The position numbers and the translations under genes are program-made. Under the pieces are notes generated by a model. That model did no database searches. It saw only the letters and a program-made list of their open reading frames with translations, and was not told the origin of the DNA. Below, in pieces: positions 57,579 to 64,000 of a stretch of DNA of 64,000 bases (positions are counted from its first letter, which is position 1; the number at the start of each line of letters is the position of its first letter). Source of the DNA: Alphaproteobacteria bacterium (GTDB lineage Bacteria > Pseudomonadota > Alphaproteobacteria > MPNO01 > UBA830); assembly GCA_964291215.2 (NCBI GenBank), contig OZ219791.1, forward strand, positions 2,816,001 to 2,880,000, written 5' to 3'.

Positions 57579-60134
57579 TTATCCGAAATCGAAGTCCCCG
57601 GCATTCACCTCGGTCACGCCTTCAAGAACGATCAGGCTGCCGCCCACATCCGTCAGATCAATGACTGTTTCGCTTCCGTCTCTCGTGGTGATTCTGCTCT
57701 CGAGATCGCTGAAGTCATCTATGCTGGCGTAGCCGGAAATCTGGATGGTGTCTTCCCCGTGTCTGCCGAAATCCTGGATCGTGTGAACAGCGCCACTGGT
57801 GCCGCCAATTCTGTTGAGGAAGACGAATGTGTCGTCGCCGTGCTCGCCGTACATGGTGTCGTCACCGGCGCCGCCACGCAAGGTGTCATCGCCCCAGCCA
57901 CCGTTCAGGGTGTCATCGCCGTCGCCGCCATGCAAGGTGTTATCGCCCCAGGAATTTTCCAAGGTGTCGTCGCCGTCGCCACCGTACATGGTGTCGTCGC
58001 CGTGGCCGCCGTACATGGCGTCGTCACCGGCGCCGCCATGCAAGGTGTCATCGCCCCAGCCACCGTGCAGGGTGTCGTCGCCGTCATCGCCATACAGCGT
58101 ATCGCCGCCCCTGTCGCTCCAACCGGCGAACAGCATGTCGTTGCCATGACCGCCATGTAGTGTGTCGTAGCCCTTGCCACCGAACAGGGCGTCGTCGCCA
58201 GCGCTGCCGTGTAAGGTGTCGTCGCCGTCGTGGCCGTACAGGATATCGTCGCCGTGGCTGCCATCCAGATGGTCGTCGCCGGTGCCGCCATGCAGGATTT
58301 CGCCGGCACTGGCCTTTATTTGGAAATTGCCGGTTGTTTCATCGAGCCCCAGGGAGATGCCCGACACATTCAACAACCTGATCATGACATCATCGTCGAC
58401 GGAGTCGTAGCGAATGACAGTATCGGCACCGTCTCGACTGATATCAAGCTTGATACCGGATCCTTGGATAAGAATCGTGTCGTCCGCCGTGAAATCGGCG
58501 ATGGTGTCGCTTCCATCTGCCGCAGGGTACCGGACGAGGTAGCCATCAGGGCCAAGGTACGACGGTCCTCCCGTCCAGAACACGAAGGTGTCAGCGCCCG
58601 AGCCGCCGTACAGGACATCGTCGCCGCCATCGCCCTCCAGAGTATCGTCGCCCGAACCGCCGTACATGGTATCGTCGTCGTCGCCGCCCGTCAGCGTGTC
58701 GTCGCCGTCATGGCCGTACAGGATATCGTCGCCGTCGTGGCCGTGCAGGATATCGTCGCCCGTGCCGCCGTTCAGGATTTCGCCGACACCGGCCTTTATT
58801 TGCAAATTGCCGGTTGTTTGATTGCCCTCCAAGGAGAGGCCCGACACATTCAACAACCTGATCGTGGCACCACCGTCGACGGAGTCGTAGCGGATGACGG
58901 TATCGGCACCGTCTCGACTGATGTCAAGCGTGTGTTTGATATGGATTCCTTGGATAAGAATCGTGTCGTCCGCCGTGAAATCGGCAATGGTGTCTCTTCC
59001 ATCTGCCGGATTGTACCGGCGTCCCCCTCCCGTCCAGAACACGAAGGTGTCAGCGCCCGAGCCGCCGTACAGGACATCGTCGCCGCGACCGCCCTTCAGA
59101 GTATCGTCGCCCGAACCGCCGTACATGGTGTCGTCGCCTTCGTCGCCGTGGAGTATGTCGTCGCCCTTGCCGCCCCCCAGCGTATCGTCGCCAGCCCCGC
59201 CGCGCAGGGTGTCGGCACCCCTGGCGCCGCGCAGCGTGTCGTCGCCCGCGCCGCCGTCCAGCGTGTCGTTGCCCTTGCCGCCCCCCAGCGTATCGTCGCC
59301 AGCCCCGCCGGTCAGCGTGTCGGCGCCCAGGCCGCCATAGAGGAGGTCGTCGCCGGCCCCGCCGGTCAGCGTGTCGGCGCCCCCGTAGCCACGCAGGGTG
59401 TCGGCGCCATCACCACCGGTGAGCGTGTCCGCGTCCTTGCTACCCTTCAGCACCTCGCCGCCAGAAGGCCCGCCGCTCGAGGCGTCGCCGGACGTGCCCT
59501 CCGGCGGCGCGCCCTGTGCAAGAGCGTCCTCGCCGCCGCCCTCCGGCGGGGCTGCCTCGACGGGAAGGAACCGGAAGTCGTCCGCGCCAAGGGAGGCCGC
59601 CGTCACGCCCTCCAGCTTGATCGTGTCGCCGTCGCCGTAGCGGATGACGGTATAGAAGCCCTTCTGCTCGATCACCAGATCCCCGAAACCGCCGGACACC
59701 CCGGCAATCTCGATGATGTCGCCAGCCTCGAAATCGCCGATGTAGTCGGCCCCGTCGCCGACCGCGAACGCAAAGACGTCATGGCCACTGCCGCCATAGA
59801 GCGAGTCCGTGCCCCGGCCGCCGGTCAGCCTGTCGGCGCCCCGGCCGCCTTCCAGACGGTCGTTGCCCGCACCGCCATCGACCGTGTCGTCACCGTCGCC
59901 GCCATAGAGCGTGTCGTTGCCCGTGCCGCCGTCCAGCGTGTCATCGTCCGAGCTGCCGGGGTTCATGAGGAGAAAGTCCGCGTCGGCTCCCGCGCTTGCG
60001 GTTCCGCCCGTCAGCGTGTCGTCGCCGTCGCCGCCCGTCAGGATGTCGTCGCCGAGGCCGCCCTTCAGGATGTCATTGCCGAGGCCACCCGTCAGGGTGT
60101 CGTCGCCAGCACCGCCGGTCCGCTCGATAGCCAT
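57579..60134 (-). CDS. RTX (hemolysin-type Ca2+-binding repeat) secreted protein
   Basis: Many GGxGxDxLx nonapeptides interspersed with DTIADF..DTI modules; AGGAGG RBS; no signal peptide; C-terminal ..DFDFG typical of T1SS substrates. Confidence 0.92.
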   Translation of the reverse strand: MAIERTGGAGDDTLTGGLGNDILKGGLGDDILTGGDGDDTLTGGTASAGADADFLLMNPGSSDDDTLDGGTGNDTLYGGDGDDTVDGGAGNDRLEGGRGADRLTGGRGTDSLYGGSGHDVFAFAVGDGADYIGDFEAGDIIEIAGVSGGFGDLVIEQKGFYTVIRYGDGDTIKLEGVTAASLGADDFRFLPVEAAPPEGGGEDALAQGAPPEGTSGDASSGGPSGGEVLKGSKDADTLTGGDGADTLRGYGGADTLTGGAGDDLLYGGLGADTLTGGAGDDTLGGGKGNDTLDGGAGDDTLRGARGADTLRGGAGDDTLGGGKGDDILHGDEGDDTMYGGSGDDTLKGGRGDDVLYGGSGADTFVFWTGGGRRYNPADGRDTIADFTADDTILIQGIHIKHTLDISRDGADTVIRYDSVDGGATIRLLNVSGLSLEGNQTTGNLQIKAGVGEILNGGTGDDILHGHDGDDILYGHDGDDTLTGGDDDDTMYGGSGDDTLEGDGGDDVLYGGSGADTFVFWTGGPSYLGPDGYLVRYPAADGSDTIADFTADDTILIQGSGIKLDISRDGADTVIRYDSVDDDVMIRLLNVSGISLGLDETTGNFQIKASAGEILHGGTGDDHLDGSHGDDILYGHDGDDTLHGSAGDDALFGGKGYDTLHGGHGNDMLFAGWSDRGGDTLYGDDGDDTLHGGWGDDTLHGGAGDDAMYGGHGDDTMYGGDGDDTLENSWGDNTLHGGDGDDTLNGGWGDDTLRGGAGDDTMYGEHGDDTFVFLNRIGGTSGAVHTIQDFGRHGEDTIQISGYASIDDFSDLESRITTRDGSETVIDLTDVGGSLIVLEGVTEVNAGDFDFG
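58214..59166 (-). repeat. Tandem internal duplication (about 480-bp unit) within the RTX gene
   Basis: The block DVLYGGSGADTFVFWTGG...DTIADFTADDTILIQG...DISRDGADTVIRYDSVD...IRLLNVSG...TTGN.QIKA..GEIL occurs twice, near-identical at DNA level. Confidence 0.8.
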
Positions 60135-60173
60135 GATAAAATCCTCCTGATTCTGTTACGGACGCAAAGTCTA

Positions 60174-60197
60174 CCCCCCCCCCCCCCCCCCCCCCCC
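60174..60197. repeat. C24 homopolymer (G24 on the RTX coding strand) 40 bp upstream of the RTX start
   Basis: Direct count of 24 C residues. Confidence 0.8.
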
Positions 60198-60341
60198 GCC
60201 GTCAAGCAAGTCCAGAAGTAACTGCTCACCCCCTGGTTCCGGCTTGATGTCGGGGTAGAGTAATGAACGGGTTTTCGTGGAGATTTGACACTGCAAGCCG
60301 ATTCGTTTAGTGGTGGTAATCGAGAACGACGGGGACCGCCA

Positions 60342-60536
60342 GGGGGCTACTTTGGATCGAAGGCGACGAGCGGGCTGTGCCAGCTGCTTCCGGGGCTCCA
60401 GCCCCCGCATGATCTGTATGTGGAAACGCATCTCGGAGGCGGCGTGCTGATGAAGCGCAAGGCGGAGTACCGGAAGATGCCGCCGGGCGAGCGCCAAGCG
60501 ATGCTCGCGACGATCATGACCGTCGAGGCCGGGTGA
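60342..60536 (+). pseudogene. Internally deleted Dam/D12-class DNA adenine methyltransferase inside IS66 copy B
   Basis: GYFGSKATSGLCQ...PPHDLYVETHLGGGVLMKRK joined to AEYRKMPPGERQAMLATIMTVEAG*; TGATG overlap with the transposase start. Confidence 0.62.
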
Positions 60537-61806
60537 TGGCGACGGTCAACGCGGCGCGCGAGGAGTTCGAAGCGGCCAAGACCGCGGCGCTGCCGGCAAG
60601 GTGCCGAAAGAGGCCGTGATCCGCGTCTTCGTCATCCTGCTCGACATCCTCATCGTCGTCCTTCTGGAGAAGACCACGCACGAGCCGGAACTCCGGTCTG
60701 CCGTCGTCACAGACGGACAAGGACGAGAGCGCGAAGCATGCCGGGAGCAACGGCAAGGGCCCGAAGCCGAACCGGCAGATGGGCGACAACCTGCGCAAGA
60801 CCATCGTCGAGGAAACGGTCGCGGCCTGCGACGCCTGCGGCGCCGACATCGACGGCCCCGTCGATCAGGAGCGCCGCGTCCTCTATGACATCGTGTTCGA
60901 GGTTGTCGAGCGCCGCGCCGAGATCAAGGAATGCCCGAAGTGCAAGGCCCGGACCAAGGGCCGGTTCCCCGACAACATCCCGTGCAGTACGGCATCGACA
61001 TCCAAGCCCTCGTCATCAACCTGCTGGTCGCCCAGATGCTGTCCCTGCGCCGTCGCGTTCGTGCAGGCGATCTCCGGCATCAAGCTCTCCGAGGCCTCGG
61101 CTATGCTTTCACGATGCGTCATGGGAGGAGGCCGCCGTGGCGCACCTCCTGCAACGCCCGATGTCGATGATTTCGGATCAACAGCAAGTGGTTTCATGTC
61201 GTGGGACCCTGACGTGCAAGTTCCCGCACCGCAAGCGCGGGCAAGAGATCGGCCCGTGCTACAAGGACGTCTTGGGCCTCGTACATGGGCCAGTGTAGCC
61301 ACCAGCTGTGTGGCAGCCACCTGCTGCGCGAACTGACCTTTGTCGTCGAGGCTGCTGCGCGACTGATGAAGAGCCTGCTCCGCGAGGTCTGCCACAAGGT
61401 CAACAAGAGCGCATCCAAAACCCTGAACGAGGCCGTGCCGTGCGCAAGCGCTACCGCACCATCAGGGCGCCAGGGAACTGCCCGACATCCCGCCGAAAGG
61501 AAAACGTGGACGCAAGTCCGACGCGCACAACCTGCACGAACGTCTCGTGAAACACGAAAACCTGCGCTTCACAGACGACCCCGACGTCAGCTTCACCAAC
61601 AATGCCGGAGAACAGAAGATCAGGATGGCAAAGGTCAAGGTGTCCGGATGCTTCCGCTCCACGCAAAAGCATGGTGCCGGGGCTCAAGCTACCTCACCTC
61701 CATGGCCGCACTCGGCTACAACCCACTCGTCGCCACCCAGATCGCCCTCGACGGAAAAGCCGCAGACATCATCAACGAGCACTACGACCAATCAGAACCC
61801 AACTAG

Positions 61807-63014
61807 TAGTCTGGCATTATTGGATTGACGGATATAGAGACTTCAGTTTCGTCCGGGCATCCTTCGTCGTGAAACGCCAGTCGACAGTGACATCGGCCGC
61901 ATTGCGGCGCTCGACCCACGCCACGGTCTCCCGCAGCATGGTGTCGCGGTCGGGAATGCGTCGCCGAAGGCATTGCCGCGACAGCGCGCCGATCTCGGCC
62001 ATGTTGAGCCAGCTTCGGCGTATAGCGAAACTCGAACCGCTTTCGTACCCGCCTCCTCGGGCTCGAAGGCTTCATACAGTGACTGTGCGTGTTCAGATTG
62101 TCCAGCACGATCTTCCTGTCGGGGAAATGGTCGTCGGCAAGCTCCCGGATGAAGTGCGCCCAGTCCCGCGGCGGTCGGTGACTTTCACCGTGCGCCAGTT
62201 TTCGTTGGGCGCAAAGGCCATGAAGAGGTTGGCCGTGCCGTTGCGCTCATATTCATAGTCGACCACCTCCGGCTGACCGGAGGACGGGGGGGGGGGGGGG
62301 GGGTCCTTCGTCTGCTGCCGGCTGGTCTCAGCACCTCGTCCCTGGCAAAGTCCCGCTGACAAATGTCAAGCACGTCCGCCGCCACGAACTGTGCGCTCCG
62401 GTGCGGTGGAATGCACCAGTTCAGCCACGGCTTGATCTTTTTTTTTAGCGTCTTCCTGACCGTCTCTTCCGAAATGCGCTCGACGATCTCCACCAGACGG
62501 CCGGCGAGCAGCTTCAGCGTCCACAGCCCTCGGGCGGGGACGAGACCAGCTTCGCCTCCATCGCCCCCGTTTTGGCCGGCGGTTCACCTGCTCCTTGCGG
62601 CTGAGGGCGGCGTCCAGCCCCTCCAGGACGCAGCGCTTGCGCAAGCGCTCGACCGTCGCCGTGCCGATGCCCAGCCCTTGCGCAATGTCGGCATCGACAA
62701 GCGCCCCCTCAGCATCAGGATTTGTGTCCGGCGCCAGGCAGCCCCGGTGCCGTCGACAATCGCCTTCAGATCCCGGCGCTCCTGCGCTGAAAGGGTCACC
62801 CGGTAGAGCTTCCTGCCCCGAGAGTTGGCCATATGCGCTGCTCCTGTCATTGCGCCGAAGACCTGCGGGCATGCCCGTTGTCCGGACCTGCGCATGGGGC
62901 TGCCTGCCTGTTCGGCATCTTGCCCGTGTGGATATCGGCACTGTCCAGATTCCAACGAACGCCGACACGAAAATACTACCCACAAAAAACCATCAATACA
63001 ATGCCGGTGGACTA
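61807..63014 (-). mobile_element. Decayed IS630-family element inserted at a CTAG near the IS66 right end
   Basis: CTAG duplicated (61803-61806, 63015-63018); ends TAGTC.TGGCATT / AATGCCGGTGGACTA; KLYRVTLSAQER, TVERLRKRCV, ISEETVRKTLKK, DYEYERNGTANLFM, LDNLNTH, VDWRFTTKDARTKLKSLYP. Confidence 0.88.
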
Positions 63015-63073
63015 CTAGGGGTGAGTAGATACGTCCAGAAAATAAAATTTGCGCTCATGGTGCCTGTTCGGCC

Positions 63074-64000
63074 GCAGGGGATGGGGCTCCATGGCAAGGC
63101 ATGATATGCATCCCGCGCCGAAAGGCTATTCCATGCCGGCAGCCGGGGCAAGCGCCCCGGCGGCCACAACACGGTGATCCCATGCCAGGTTTGTTGGAAG
63201 GATTGATTCCGCTTGTTCAGGATGATTCGCATTTTCGCAGGCTTTTTGTGAAGCGGCGCAGTATCCGTTGTCGTGGAGGCAGCGGATTTTTTTGAGACGA
63301 CTCCGGAGGGTTTTGCGCTCCGGGATGTGGTTGTGCGCCTTGCGCGGCCTAGTGCCGCTGGAACCGTGTGGTTGACCGTCATCACTATCCTGGTTTCAAG
63401 CAGTTTGCCGGTCGAGGTCTGCGTGTTCACTTGGCGCGGGCGGTGGATTGGTGCTGCGGGCTGGCAGACGGGCGCCCTCAGCTGCGCACCGCGGGACCGT
63501 TGGATTGGCTGGCGCCGCGAGGAACAGTTCAGGCGGTTGCCGGGAACAACACGAGGTTTGTTGTTCCTGGTGGTCGCCGGGTGTTTCCGGGCCTCGTTTG
63601 CGTTGTCGCGGATGGTGCGGCGGCGACCGGGAGGCTGCCGTTGCTTGTTGCGGAGAAGTTTGTCTCGCCGACGAAGTTCAGCGGCACCATGTACAAGGCG
63701 GCGAACCGGGAGGGCGTTGGCAGGGGCCATGCGCGCGCCATACCGACCGGCACGGGAAGGCGAAGGATCCTTACGTGTTTCCACTGCGTCGTGACGCGGG
63801 ATCGTTCGCCGCTTCCTGCGGCGTGGGAGTTGCGGGCGCCGCTGGTCGGCGCAGGAGTTGCGCTCGATTTATCAGCGGCGCTTTCCGGCGCGCGCAGGGG
63901 CACCGCATCGCCTCGGTACTGTGCGTGATTTTGCTGGCTTGCGAACCGGCGCGGTTGCGGCAGCGCACTACGACGCAGAAGGAGCTGGAGCAGCATGGAA
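63074..64000 (+). mobile_element. Decayed DUF4338(DruA-like)-transposase element, probably ISAs1 family; runs off the window
   Basis: LRDVVVRL, DRHHYPGF, APRDRWIGW, NNTRFVV, GTMYKAAN, then a G.RHRL.TV...LAG fragment like the H-repeat/ISAs1 N-terminus; left boundary approximate. Confidence 0.6.

Larger units (their letters stand above)
60218..63032 (+). mobile_element. Decayed IS66-family element (copy B) with nested IS630
   Basis: Same TIRs as copy A; perfect 8-bp TSD GTCCAGAA (60210-60217, 63033-63040); transposase pseudogene about 60536-61806. Confidence 0.92.

Noticed and set aside
57800-60120. CRISPR-like array suggested by periodic 27/54-bp repeats
   Set aside because: They are in-frame RTX nonapeptide codons with no unique spacers and no cas genes.
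62286-62303. G18 tract as a phase-variation switch
   Set aside because: It lies inside a dead IS630 transposase; slippage in neutral DNA or a sequencing artefact is more likely.

Overview
GC-rich bacterial chromosome segment, most likely from an alphaproteobacterium (Rhodospirillales-like carA-carB-greA-trxB and yqeY-dnaG-rpoD...tRNA-Ile(CAT) block; the taxonomy is inferred). It carries intact housekeeping genes, two tRNAs (Ile2-CAT, Lys-CTT) and an extended set of N-heterocycle/aromatic catabolic genes: three orphan Mo-hydroxylase large subunits, two UbiD decarboxylases, three hydantoinase/oxoprolinase-family subunits, an amidase, an OCD, an SDR, a cupin, an LLM oxidoreductase and two RidA proteins. 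It also encodes a non-canonical ClC transporter and an RTX-repeat protein. Two 'graveyards' of nested mobile elements (about 21.5-27.5 kb, and about 44.9-48.7 plus 53.8-64 kb) contain IS66, IS4, ISAzo13, IS110, IS630, IS256 and ISAs1 elements and a group II intron. Main signals: (1) the transposase/RT elements are eroded by many short, often microhomology-flanked deletions, while their termini/TSDs, the flanking host genes and a 193-bp MITE are not; (2) the IS66 element carries a translationally coupled Dam-like DNA methyltransferase remnant; (3) a DUF4338/DruA-like domain is fused to two unrelated transposase families. All calls are from reading the sequence; no searches were run.
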